This document shows positions 11,617 to 23,800 of a stretch of 64,000 bases of DNA, piece by piece. The translations under genes were made by a program, and so were the position numbers. Under the pieces are notes generated by a model. It worked only from the letters and a program-made list of their open reading frames with translations, was not told the DNA's origin and did not search any database. Every line of letters begins with the position of its first letter. Positions within the stretch are counted from its first letter, which is position 1. The stretch lies in assembly GCA_030390025.1 (NCBI GenBank), contig CM059432.1, positions 58,530,001 through 58,594,000 on the forward strand. The letters run 5' to 3'. The stretch comes from Squalus acanthias (lineage: Eukaryota).

Positions 11617-12227
11617 CGAATGTGATTGGAGCTGAGGTTATGATCTAAAATTGTTGAACTCGATATTGAGTCCAGAGGGCTGTAGCGTGCCTAAACGAAA
11701 GATGAGGTGCTGTTCCTCGAGCTTACGCTGAGCTTCCGTTTACACTGTTCCACGGAAGCTCAGCGTAAGCTCGAGGAACAGCACCTCATCTTTCGTTTAG
11801 GCACGCTACAGCCCTCTGGACTCAATATCGAGTTCAACAATTTTAGATCATAACCTCAGCTCCAATCACATTTATATTTTATTTTATCCACCCTTTTATT
11901 TGTCCCCCCCCACCTTTTTTTTTCCTCCTAGAAGCTGGCAGCTGTCCTTCATTCTGCCAGTGGATTTCACACTTCATTCAGCCTTAATCTGTCACATTAA
12001 CACCACCTCTAGCCTTGCATATCTCTTAATGTCTCTTAATGTCTCTACATCTCCCCCTTTGTTCCTTTATCCCCTCCCCCTTTTCCCAGCTTTACCCTGG
12101 CCTTAAATCTATTTGATTTCCGGCTCTTCCCAGTTCTGATGAAAGGTCATCGACCTGAAACGTTAACTCTCTTTCTCTCTCCACAGATGCTGCCTGGCCT
12201 GCTGAGTTTTTCCAGCGTTTTCTGTTG
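11617..12227 (+). mobile_element. 5'-truncated Penelope-like element with inverted 5' arm
   Basis: 14-bp TSD ATCTTTCATTCATA (11603-11616 / 12228-12241); nearly identical to 19390-19873. Confidence 0.93.
12132..12168 (+). ncRNA. Minimal type I hammerhead ribozyme
   Basis: AGTT-CTGATGA-A-AGGTC atc GACCT-GAAA-CGTT-AACT. Confidence 0.8.
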
Positions 12228-12883
12228 ATCTTTCATTCATAGTTTTGACAGCAAGGGCTGTCAAAGCTATGAATACTACAAGCCCCCAAAAGAACAGCTA
12301 AACCTCAATTAAATTTTTTTTAAAAAGCCATCACATTAATAAAATAACTATAGTTAAATAAATTAACCACTTTAAACAAAAAATTAAATTTTTGAAAAAT
12401 TTTTAAATCTTTTTAAAAGTTATAAAAATAAACTTACCTTTCTTTAAAGTCTCTAAAAAAGATAAACCTGTTGAAAATTTTTTAAAATAACACTTAATTA
12501 ACTACTTACCTTGTTAAAAGGGGGTCCTACGCCTGCTTTCTTTGTGTGTAAAATCTTCACCACTTACCTGCGCGTTCAAACCTGAAAAAAAAACTAAGTG
12601 CACTGCGTGCGCACAACCTGTAGTGTGCACGCGGTTCACTTAGGAACCGCCCTCTTTGCAATACACAAAATGCCGGTTTCCCGCGCATGCGCAGTGCATG
12701 CAGGAAACCGGCAATTCGAGACCTATTACGCGAGAGTACACAGTGCGTACTCTCGCGTATTAGGTCTAATTTTCGGGCCATTGTGATATAACTGCACAGA
12801 ATGAGAAGTCTTTCTTAATCAGTCACAAAAGTAAAAGAACAACAAAAATACAAATTCATTAAAATTCATCTAAAAAAAATGTT

Positions 12884-15035
12884 GAGGGAGAAATTAGTTA
12901 TAGCCAGCAAAGTTACCGGCATCACTGGAAACTGGAGTTAACGGTCGCTGAAAATGGCCGCAACGTTAACAGAGCAAAATTGATCTGGGGGATAGAGATT
13001 GTTGGTGCAGCGCTTACCTTCTGTGCAATGCCATCCTGGTGGCGTTGCTGGAGAGATCCGGGATGAATTTCTGTCCAGGTTCGGCGTTGCAGCTTCCCAC
13101 AGCCTCTGGAAGCGAGGCTGTGAAGCTCACAAGGAATTGTGGGTAATGAAGAGGTCTGAGAATTAAAGTGGCCATGCACTCAGAAGTAATACAAATTAAA
13201 ATGAAGTGAAACAATGCAGTTTTCAGCCCTTTCTGCCTTTTAAAAAATATTTAACATTTAAAAGAAGTCCAAAAGCTGAATTCCCTTCCTAACCTCAAAA
13301 AATGTGAAAAATGCCTCAGTACTAACACAAATGGGTCAGCAAGCCAGGGAAGGGGCACCCAGGGTCTCACATGCAGCACTTCATCTTTGTGCAGGGGGTC
13401 AACACTGCAAGACAGGCCCTCTACCCACAGGGGCCAGGAGGCTCTCCAAAAGAACAATGTGGGAGTACATCACCGAGGCCATCACTGCCAGCAGTGTCGT
13501 CCCCACCACCTGGCTCCAGTGCCCAAAGAAGCTTCATGACCTCAGGCCACTGGTCAAGGTCAGTGAATGCATCTTCAAAAGCCATCTCCTACCAACTGCA
13601 CCACTAGCCTCACACGCTGCTCAATGCACGACCCCCACCACCAATCACTCACCTACCAATAATCTGTACAATCACAAGGCACATCTTCCATTCCTAGCCT
13701 CACCTCATCCCCTTGGAGGAGATGGTGCAGGCCATTCTTGGCAGGGGCATGGCTGAGCCCTTGGCCATCGGTGGGGCTGAAAGGATACAAGATGCTGGTA
13801 TCCTCATATGTTATCCTCCTTCTCGCATGCACCTCTTGCGTTCCCACCCTCCCATCACCACAACTCCACCCTTCTGCCTTCCTCATTTCACACACCCAAG
13901 AAATGCAGCCTGCCCAGTCAGTGGGTGACAAGAAGAGGGAGAGGAGAGTGAAGAAGAACAAAAAGAAGAAAATTGATTTGACACTCCCAGCCACCAACTC
14001 CTCAAGGTCGACCTGCAAGGCCATTTAAAGTGTCTCCCACTGAAAGTCAGCAGCCTTCCACCAGCCATGCTGCAGATACTGGGGTAGCACTGCGTGACAT
14101 CAGTCAGATAGGTGAAGACACACACAAGACAGTCACTAAGAGAATGCTTACGGGTGATGAGTTGATTTCTTGATGTCACATTGGATGGATAGACATATAT
14201 AGGTGGATTGGAAAGTTTGCTTTGTGGTGCCTTTTATTTCAGCATCGTGGCCAAGAGGACATTGTGATGGTCAGTAACAGATGGTAAGTTGTGGGACTAA
14301 TGTTGAAAGGGGAATTGGGGTTGTGGTCACTGGGACCACAGGTGGATGATTCCATCCCAGATATCCCTGCCACAAAGAGGCTGTCTGGGATGCATCTTTC
14401 CATCTGATTCCTCCTCTGCAGCTTCCTCCTCTGCGGCTTCCTCCTTTTTGGCTTCCTCCTCTTCTGTGTCTTCCTCTTCCCTCTGCAAGCAGATGCTGTA
14501 AATGTGAAATGACAGCATAAAATCCTGGAAATACTCAGCAGGTCAGGCAGCATCTCGACCTGAGATGTGAATTCTGTTTATCTCTCCACGGATGTCGCCT
14601 GACCTGCTGAGTATTTGCAGCATCTTCTGTCTTCTCAAAGGCCTTCATTTACCATCTGAGCCCTTGCAAGTATCCAGCAGCACTCCCTACACACAAAAAA
14701 CTTTTCACTTCTATTGCAGCAAGCCACCAGTTCAATAAAATCAAAAAAAAACAGTCCAAAACCTTAAATCCAAACTTACCTGAATGATGTGTGTGTCCCT
14801 TTAAGAGGTGCAGACATCGCCACTGTCAGCCTGCTTGCACACCAGGTTTACCTGGCATGCTTTGGACTCGGCGCTGAATTCAGCGCTAGGGACGAAGTTC
14901 GCGCTTGTGACGTAATGCCGCCATTTTCTCCAGCATGGCGCTGCCAATTATCGGCAGTGCAAAGGTAAGCATGAAAACGGCAGCCACTGTGGGAACCGTC
15001 AGCAGCTGGCGAAAGAGCGGCAATAATTCTCCCTC
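12884..15035. mobile_element. Non-autonomous Harbinger deletion derivative D1 (degraded Myb gene; transposase mostly lost)
   Basis: Putative TIRs GAGGGAGAAATT / AATTCTCCCTC; WEYITEA...WLQCPKKLHDL; paralog at 29519-31640. Confidence 0.8.
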
Positions 15036-16589
15036 CTCAGAGAGAGGTTCCTGTCCTTTACTCAGCATCTCCTTACAGTAATTAACTTCTGAAGAAATGA
15101 GACTCCACACTTGTAAACTTAAATTTTCAGGGCTAGAGAGGTTGTTTGGCAGTAATTATCAATTATCACGCCGTTAAAAATTCACTTACTCCTGAATGCA
15201 CCAGCCCTAACTTTTCTGGTGTCTTTAGTGGGGAACTAGTGGACAAGTACCCCAACTTCATGCCATTGCATGTCTTTCAATGCCGAGTCTATCAGCGAGG
15301 ACTGCAACAGCTCACCCTGTGGAAGAGCGGGGTAGCTTTGACAGCAACTTACAGGTTTCCACGTTAAACTGCGCATGTGCGAACGTCGGAAGTTGCTGTC
15401 TGACTTTTATCCTTAATAACGGTGAGCGCTGATAGCCTCACCATTACTCTCCACGCAAAATTTGGGGCATTGTCTTCCTAAAGGCAGCCGGTCTGCCATA
15501 TTGGATGCCTCTTTTTCTGCTTTCACCAATATGGCACTTCCAGCACATAATGAGCGTGCGCACCCTGCCCGCCATCTGGGCTGCTTAGGCGATCATTTTG
15601 CGCCTGAAAAACAAGCGCACTGCCATCGAATTTCTAAACTGTTGCATATAAAAGAAATACCTGCAATTCAATTTGAAAGCTTTTTACAATCCATAATTAG
15701 GGTCCAATACTAAACATTAATGTATTAATCTTGCAAGATTATGCAATCAATTCTTTGTATATACATCTATGTTGTTAACCAAACATGGCAATGTTTGTGG
15801 ACTGCAATGTTTTTTAACAGTGTTTTTGCATGATGAATGGCAAATCTGTTCAAAAATTGCTGTGGTCAAGGTAGAGTTTGTCAAAGTACAAAAATAATTT
15901 GCTGCTGGCATTCAAGCTACTTACAGAGCTGTGCTTTGATATTTCCTCTGTTGAAATATATAACACAGTAATTGTGATGTATGTCACAAAAGTGCTGGTC
16001 TGGGGTAGGGCATCAATAATTCATAATTAGAATAGTTGATAAGCTTCAATAATGATCTCTATGAAGCAAAATTTCAGTTGAATTGCTTATCACCAGAGTC
16101 CATTAAAGTGCACTCAGCTGGTTAGATAAAATGTGACCATTAAAAAACAGAAGAAACTTTAAATTGCAAAATCCAAATAAATATCAATGAAGAATGTCAG
16201 GCCTAGAAATTCGTTTCCATAGCGTCCGTTGTTTGGGTGCTACGGGTGCCGAATTGGAACCAAATTAGCTTCCGAACAGCGCGTGAACATTTCTGGTGTG
16301 GGCTGCACCGGACGCCATCTTGATGAGGGCAATAGGGTGGCCGTTAAGAGCGTGCGCTAGAAGTATGGTAAGTAGGCAGATCGTGATGTCAGTCAGTGTG
16401 CGACGCTGATTTGATGCCAGTGCTGCAATTTTCATTGTCATCGCTGGCGCTAACACCCTCACTTAACCTCACACAGCTGAGCATAGGTTCAGCAACAGGA
16501 AGGAACCCCCACCGGTATTTAAAGGGATCATCATCAACTTTCAGGTAACTTGCTTTTTGATTTCTACTGACTCTGAGTAAGTTCTTCCC

Positions 16590-16626
16590 AGTTCTGATGA
16601 AAGGTCATCGACCTGAAACGTCAACT
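16590..16626 (+). ncRNA. Minimal type I hammerhead ribozyme (5' pLTR)
   Basis: AGTT-CTGATGA-A-AGGTC atc GACCT-GAAA-CGTC-AACT; predicted GUC cleavage after 16622. Confidence 0.85.
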
Positions 16627-16761
16627 CTCTTTCTCTCTCCACGGATGCTGCCTGGCCTGCTGAGTTTTTCCAGCGTTTTCTGTTGTTATTTCGGATTTCC
16701 AGCATCTGCAGTATTTTGCTATCGTATTAGTGTTTGGTTCACTGCCACCTCTCTTCTTGGA

Positions 16762-19502
16762 ATGCCTACCTTGAAGAAGTTCTGCTCTTCTCTTCGACGG
16801 GATTTCCGTTTGGCTCTTCAACCTTGTTCATCTTCATTGATTTCAGTTTCCCTTCTCGTGTTTGATCAGGTATCTGCCAAGACTCGGTTTCACAGCCACA
16901 TTACTTTCCTCAGCAACTGTCTCCGGTTCCGACTTATCCCACGTGGATTCCAACTAAACTTCCACCCTTCGTGTTTCGGATCCACCCAGGATTACAAATA
17001 TCTCCAAGATATTCATCGTTCCTCGAACTACTGCTCTCGCCGCATCTTGAGATCCACGCTCAATGCCATGCGGCGCCACATGAACACTCTCGACATCTCT
17101 CTTCAGCAGCACCGACGCACTCTATCTCAAAGCTGTCCGGGTCCACAGTTCCATTTCATCCTTAGACTCATCCGACGCTTCAACAAAAAACTTTTCTTCT
17201 TCCTTTCCGATGTCAAGGATCGCAAGCTTCAACAACTCTTGGACACTAAAGCCCCTCCGGAACCTTCTTCCCCTTCACTTTCCTCTGACCCCCCTTCTCC
17301 CAATCTCACCCCCTGCCGCGTTTTCACTATCACCTCTGACCTTCCCCTCTCTGACTCCGAACGATCAGTCCTCAGCAAAGGCCTGAGCTTCATCCCCTTA
17401 CGCCCCCATCTCAATGAATTTCGAGCTCGGCACGATGCTGAGCTCTTTTTCCGCCGCCTCCGTCTCCGTGCCCACTTCTCTGGCCAGGAGTCTTCCCCCC
17501 GCACGGCTGACCCTTTCTCCCGCTTTCAGAATTCTCGTTCCACCTGGACCCCTCCCTCTGGCCTCTTGATCTTTTCATTGCTAACTGCCGCCGTGACATC
17601 GGCCAGCTCAATTTCTCTGCTCCCCTCACTCACTCCAACCTACCTCCCTCTGAACTTGCAGCACTCCATTCTCTCCGATCCAACCCTGACATTGTCATTA
17701 AACCTGCTGACAAGGGTGGCGCTGTTGTTGTTTGGCGAACCGACCTCTACCTAGCGGAAGTTGAACGCCAACTCTCTGACACCTCCTCCTACCTCCACCT
17801 GGACCATGACCCCACTACCGAACATCAAGCCACCGTGTCCAAGACTGTCACTGACCTCATCTCCTCTGGAGATCTTCCCCCCACGGCCGCCAACCTCATA
17901 GTTCCCCAACCCCGCACAGCCCGCTTCTACCTCCTTCCCAAGATCCACAAACAGGACTGCCCCGGTAGACCCATCGTTTCAGCCTGTTCTTGCCCCACGG
18001 AACTTATCTCTTCCTATCTCGACTCTATTTTTTCTCCCCTTGTCCAGTCTCTTCCCACCTACATCCGCGACTCTTCCGATGCCCTCCGCCATTTTAACAG
18101 TTTCCAGTTTCCCGGCCCCAACCGTCTCCTCTTCACTATGGACGTACAATCCCTCTACACCTCCATTCCCCACCAGGATGGCCTGAGGGCGCTCCGCTTC
18201 TTCCTTGAACAGAGGCCCAACCAGTCCCCATCCACCACCAGCCTCCTCCGCCTGGCTGAACTTGTTCTCACATTGAACAACTTCTCCTTTGACTCTACCC
18301 ATTTCCTCCAAATTAAAGGTGTTGCTATGGGTACCCGCATGGGTCCTAGCTATGCCTGCCTTTTCGTGGGATATGTGGAACACTCTTTGTTCCAGTCCTA
18401 CTCGGGTCCCCTCCCTCACCTCTTTTTCCGGTACATTGATGACTGTATCGGTGCCGTCTCCTGCTCTCGCCCTGAACTAGAACATTTCATTCACTATGCT
18501 TCCAATTTCCACCCTTCCCTCACCTTCACATGGTCCATCTCCGACTCTTCTCTTCCCTTCCTCGACTTCTCCATCTCCATCTCTGGGGATAGGTTATTGA
18601 CTAACATTCACTACAAGCCCACCGACTCCCACAGCTACCTGGACTACACTTCCTCCCACCCCGCCTCCTGTAAGGACTCTATTCCATTCTCCCAGTTTCT
18701 CCGTCTCCGCCGCATCTGCTCTGATGATGCCACCTTCCATACCAGTGCTTCCGACATGTCTTCCTTTTTCCTCAACCGAGGATTCCCCTCTACCGTGGTC
18801 GACACGGCCCTCGACCGTGTCCGTTCTATCTCCCGCACATCTGCCCTCACCCCTGCCCCTCCCTCCCGGAACCACGATAGGGTTCCCCTTGTCCTCACCT
18901 TTCACCCCACCAGCCTCCACATTCAACGGATCATCCTCCGCCATTTCCGCCACCTCCAGCGTGATCCCACCACCAAACACATCTTCCCCTCACCTCCCCT
19001 TTCAGCATTCCGCAGGGACCGCTCCCTCCGCGACACCCTAGTCCACTCCTCTACCACCCCCAGCACCCCTTCCCCTTCGCCCGGCACCTTCCCGTGCACG
19101 CGCAGGAGATGCAACACATGCCCTTATACCTCCCCTCTTCCCACTGTCCAGGGCCCCAAACACCCCTTCCAGCTGAAACAGCGATTTACTTGTACTTCCT
19201 GCAATTTAGTATACTGTATTCGCTGCTCACGATGTGGACTCCTCTACATTGGGGAGACCAAACGCAGATTGGGTGACCGCTTTGCGGAACACCTCCGTTC
19301 AGTCCGTAAGGGGGACCCCGAGCTCCCGGTGGCCTGTCACTTTAATTCACCGCTTCACTCCCACTCTGACCTCACCGTCCTCGGCCTAATACATTGTTCC
19401 ACGGAAGCTCAGCGTAAGCTCGAGGAACAGCACCTCATCTTTCGTTTAGGCACGCTACAGCCCTCTGGACTCAATATCGAGTTCAACAATTTTAGATCAT
19501 AA
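16762..19502 (+). pseudogene. Penelope reverse transcriptase / GIY-YIG endonuclease ORF with a single frameshift (~17565)
   Basis: KPADKG, LPKIHK..PGRPIVS, MDVQSLYTSI, GVAMGT, RYIDD, Cys linker CTRRRCNTC, LVYCIRC..CGLLYIGETKR; both halves otherwise open. Confidence 0.95.
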
Positions 19503-19778
19503 CCTCAGCTCCAATCACATTTATATTTTATTTTATCCACCCTTTTATTTGTCCCCCCCACCTTTTTTTTCCTCCTAGAAGCTGGCAGCTGTCCTTCATT
19601 CTGCCAGTAGATTTCACACTTCATTCAGCCTTAATCTGTCACATTAACACCACCTCTAGCCTTGCATATCTCTTGATGTCTCTTAATGTCTCTTCATCTC
19701 CTCCTTTGTTCCTTTATCCCCTCCCCCTTTTCCCAGCTTTACCCTGGCCTTAAATCTATTTGATTTCCAGCTCTTCCC

Positions 19779-19815
19779 AGTTCTGATGAAAGGTCATCGA
19801 CCTGAAACGTCAACT
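19779..19815 (+). ncRNA. Minimal type I hammerhead ribozyme (3' pLTR)
   Basis: Identical to 16590-16626. Confidence 0.85.
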
Positions 19816-20638
19816 CTCTTTCTCTCTCCACGGATGCTGCCTGGCCTGCTGAGTTTTTCCAGCGTTTTCTGTTGTTATTTCGGATTTCCAGCATCTGCAG
19901 TATTTTGCTATCGTAAGTTTGTGGAACTGTTTGGAGCTTTCTAGAGTTATTTAAAGTTGGTGAGGTCACAGGGAGTGGTGCTGCAAGTGGAGAAGGCCTT
20001 GCTTCTGACTTCAAGGGTTCTGGTCAGACCACTTGCTCCCAGTCATGGGTGCTCTAGTTGTCATCCCCCTTGGTCTGCAGCACGACAGGGAGATGGAGCA
20101 GAGGCAGCGAAGAAAAGGACAAGCTGCTCACAGAGGGTGGAGGGGGAGAGGGGAGAGGGCTCTCAGCAGGAGGAGGCCTTACCCACCTAGGGTCTTCCGA
20201 GAGCACTTCTGTTACCTCAACGTGAGCCAGGAGCAGTGTGTGAGGCGTGTGCGCATTTTTCCAGGGTTTCCATGGCTCTTCCCCCAAACTTACAGCAGAC
20301 AAGCAAGAGAAACCCCAGGGAAGTTCACTCCCCCCAGGTCAACATCAAGCACTCTTAAGTCAGGTATAGCACAGAGCAGAGCAGAGCAATTTTTCCATTA
20401 CTTTGTCCCAACAATGTGGTAGGTTTTCCACTTTCTGCCTGGGCATAAAACTGACATTGCAGATCGGCCATTGTGGTTTATTCCACAATATGGTTTTGCA
20501 ATGAAGTTGAATCCAAACAATAGGGCACCAGGCGGCTCAGTTATCAAAATAATTACCTTTATTAGATCAAGACAATCCTTTTATCCTACCTTTTCTTTAG
20601 TGTTCCTTCACTCACAGCCTTATATGTAATCCTGAGAG

Positions 20639-20805
20639 CAATGTTCCCTCTAAATTTTCTTTGTTTATTTCTATGTGCAGCACCTTTAAATTTGCTGTGC
20701 AGCCGCTCATGCGGAATCTTAGAGGGAACAGCTTGTGAGCGGCCTGCGCGGTACCTTCCAGATTGCTGTGTGGCCGCCCACGCACGCAGCTTAGAGGGAA
20801 CATTG
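20639..20805. mobile_element. hAT-type MITE (167 bp)
   Basis: Perfect 15-bp TIR CAATGTTCCCTCTAA; 8-bp TSD CCTGAGAG (20631-38 / 20806-13). Confidence 0.93.
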
Positions 20806-20813
20806 CCTGAGAG

Positions 20814-23800
20814 CACTCCGGACTCTCAGGTCCCACCCTAACATTGTCATTCAACCTGCTGACAAGGGTGGCGCTGTTGTAGTTTGGCGAACGGACCTCT
20901 ACCTTGCTGAGGCTGAATGCCAACTCTTCGACACCTCCTCCTACCTCCCCCTGGACCACAACCCCACCACCGAGCATCAAGCCTTCGTTTCCCAGACCAT
21001 CACTGACATCAACTCCTCTGGAGATCTTCCCCCCACAGGCTTCAAACTCATAGTCCCCCAACTCCGCACAGCCCCAAGATCCACAAACAGGACTGCCCTG
21101 GTGGACCCATCATTTCGGCCTGTTCTTGTCCCATGGAACTTATTTCTTCCTATCTCAACTCAATTTTTTCTTCCCTTGTCCAGTCTCTTCCGCACTACAT
21201 CCACGACTCTTCCGACACCCTTCCACTTTAACAGTTTCCAGTTTCCTGGCCCTAACCGTCTCCTTTTCACTATGGACGTCCAGTCCCTCTAGACCTCCAT
21301 CCTCCACCAGAATGTCTGCGAGCCCTCCGCTTCTTCCTTGAACGGAGGCTCAATCAGTCGCCTTCCACCACCACCCTCCTCCGCCTGGCTGAACTTGTTC
21401 TCACATTGAACAACTTCTCCTTTGACTCCACTCACTTCCTCCAAATAAACGGTGTTGCTATGAGAACCCATATGGATCCTAGCTATGCCTGCCTTTTTGT
21501 GGGATACGTGGAACATTCTTTGTTCCAGTCCTACACAGGTCCCTCCCTCACCTCTTTCTCCGGTACATTGATGACTGTATAAGTGCCGCTTCCTGCTCTC
21601 ACCCCAAACTGGGAAGTTTCATCAACTTTGCTTCCAATTTCCACCCTTCCCTCGCCCTCACCTGGTCCATCTCCGACTCTTCCCTTCCCTTCCTCGACTT
21701 CTCTATCTCCATTTCCGGGGAAAGGCTATCCACCAATATCTACTATAAGCCCACTCCCACCCACAGCTACCTTGATTACACTTCCTCGCATCACACTTCC
21801 TCTAAGGACTCTATTCCATTTTCCCAGTTTCTCCACCTTTGTCACATCTGTTTTGACAATGCCACCTTCCTCACCAGTGCTTCCAATATGTCTTCCTTTT
21901 TCTTCAAATGAGGATTCCCCTCTACCATGATTGACAGGGCTCTCGATCCTGTCCGTCCCAGTTCTGCCCTCACCCTTTCCCCTTCCCCACAGCCTTCACA
22001 TTCAATGGATAATCCTCCGCCATTTCCTCCACCTCCAACATGATCCCACCACCAAACACATCTTTCCCTCCCCTTCTCTTTCAGCATTCTGAAGGAACTG
22101 TTCTCTTCATGACACCCTGGTTCACTCCTCAATCACCCCGAACACCCACTCCCCTTCCCATGGCACCTTCCCATACAAGCGCAGGAGATGTACACCTGCC
22201 CTTTTATCTCCTCCCTTCCCACCGTCCAGGGCCCCAAACACTCCTTCCAGGTGAAACAGCAATTTACTTGTACTTCTTTCAATTTAGTACTGTATACTAT
22301 ATTCGCTGCTCATGATGCGGTCTCCTCTACATTGGGGAGACCAAACGCAGATTGAGTGACCGCTTTGTGGAACACCTCCGTTCAGTCCGCAAGCGTGACC
22401 CTGAGCTTCTGGTCGCCTGTCACTTTAATTCTCCGCTCCACTCCCACTCTGATCTCTCCGTCCTCGGCCTTCTACACTGTTCCAACGAAGTTCAACGTAA
22501 GCTCAAGGAACAGTGTAGGGGGTGATGGTTTGTGTCAGCTTCACCTCTGACTTCTGAGCGGTTCGAATCGCACCCACTCCCTTGGTTCTAGACCTTGGAC
22601 TTATTTGGGGGTTGTGACAAAAGGTGCAGCAGACAACTGAGTTTGGTGAAAAGAACTTCAATCTTTATTAAAAAAGGTAAGACACAAATAATAACACTTA
22701 TAATTACTCTAAAGGTGGGGAACACTTCGGTACAAGCGAGGGAAATGACAGTAGAACAATACTTCACCCCTCCCAACCCCACTTTACTAGCTAAGTTAGG
22801 CTTTGAAGGACCAGGGATAATGCTCACCAATCCTTTGACAGTTGGGCTAAATCGCAGTTTTGGGGTTCGCTGTTTATGGCGGTTCGTGTCTGCCGTACCC
22901 CATACGCGACAGAGGACTTCACCTGCGTATCTGGTCAGTCTTCGTGAGTCTGCTGATGCGGTAGGATGTCGTTTTGGATTTATCTGGTGAGTACCCAATT
23001 TCTTTTGGTTAGCAGTAGGGTTTAGAGTCTTTGGGAAAATCTTACCCAGGGATAAGTCAGGAGTAGATTGTAGAGTGGAAACTTTGCGGTTCTTTGGGTT
23101 TTCTTCCCTTGAGTTGGTCTTTGTTGGTCGCGGTGGCCTGCTATTACCCAGTCCGTTGGGGGTAATATGCGGTTGTTGGTTTCTTGAGGCCTTTGATTTC
23201 TGCAATGGTTTTAGGCCTTGTCTAGTGTGTCGGTCGTGGAGCCATCGGTGACTTGTTGCTGCTTGTTCCTCCGGGTGACTGTGTTGGGACCGTTGTTGGA
23301 GGTCCGTCGAGGTGGTATCTTCACGAGCTGGACTCAGGTGTGTCTGAGTGGTGAGCGATGCCGACTCGCTTCCAGCTCGGCTTGTCCTCTTCCTGGTTTC
23401 TTCTTCTGATGACCATTCACCTTGAACTGCTTAACGGGCCTTCAATTATACGGAATTGAAGTGGCCTTATCTACCTGCCAAATCTACTCAGTTCATTGTC
23501 TGGTTTTGGCGGGCTCGTTAATCGGTAACGACTTACTAGCATGTTAACTGGTTTTTTAACAGGCCTTCAATCTCACCCATTGAACATGGCCTTATCTACC
23601 CGCCAAATCTGCTCAGTTCATTGTCTGATTTTGGCGGGCCTGTTACCAGTAACTGCTCTGTAAGTGTCAAATGGCTTTTGGGATGGCTTGCATCCTGTCG
23701 ATCTCCTTGGTTGATCACTGGTGATTGATTTTGTGTTTTGGGTTTCTAGGCTGGACTCGGTTTTTCTATAGAATGGTCCTGAGTGGGTTTGTATTATGCA

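Larger units (their letters stand above)
11389..12779. mobile_element. Harbinger-type MITE M4 (split by a Penelope insertion)
   Basis: TIRs GGCCCAGAAATT / AATTTTCGGGCC; TSD ATT. Confidence 0.93.
16584..19912 (+). mobile_element. Near full-length Penelope-like retroelement with tandem pLTRs
   Basis: ~140-bp direct repeats 16584-16725 and 19773-19915; candidate TSD GTAAGTT (16577-83 / 19913-19). Confidence 0.95.
16200..20335 (+). mobile_element. Harbinger fragment (transposase-side end), host of the full-length Penelope
   Basis: TIR GGCCTAGAAATT at 16200; MGALVVIPL...RRRPYPPRVFREHFCYLNVSQEQCVRR at 20045-20255; contiguous across the Penelope TSD. Confidence 0.8.

Noticed and set aside
22555..22575. 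tRNA gene
   Set aside because: Only a T-loop/B-box-like GGTTCGAATC; no cloverleaf
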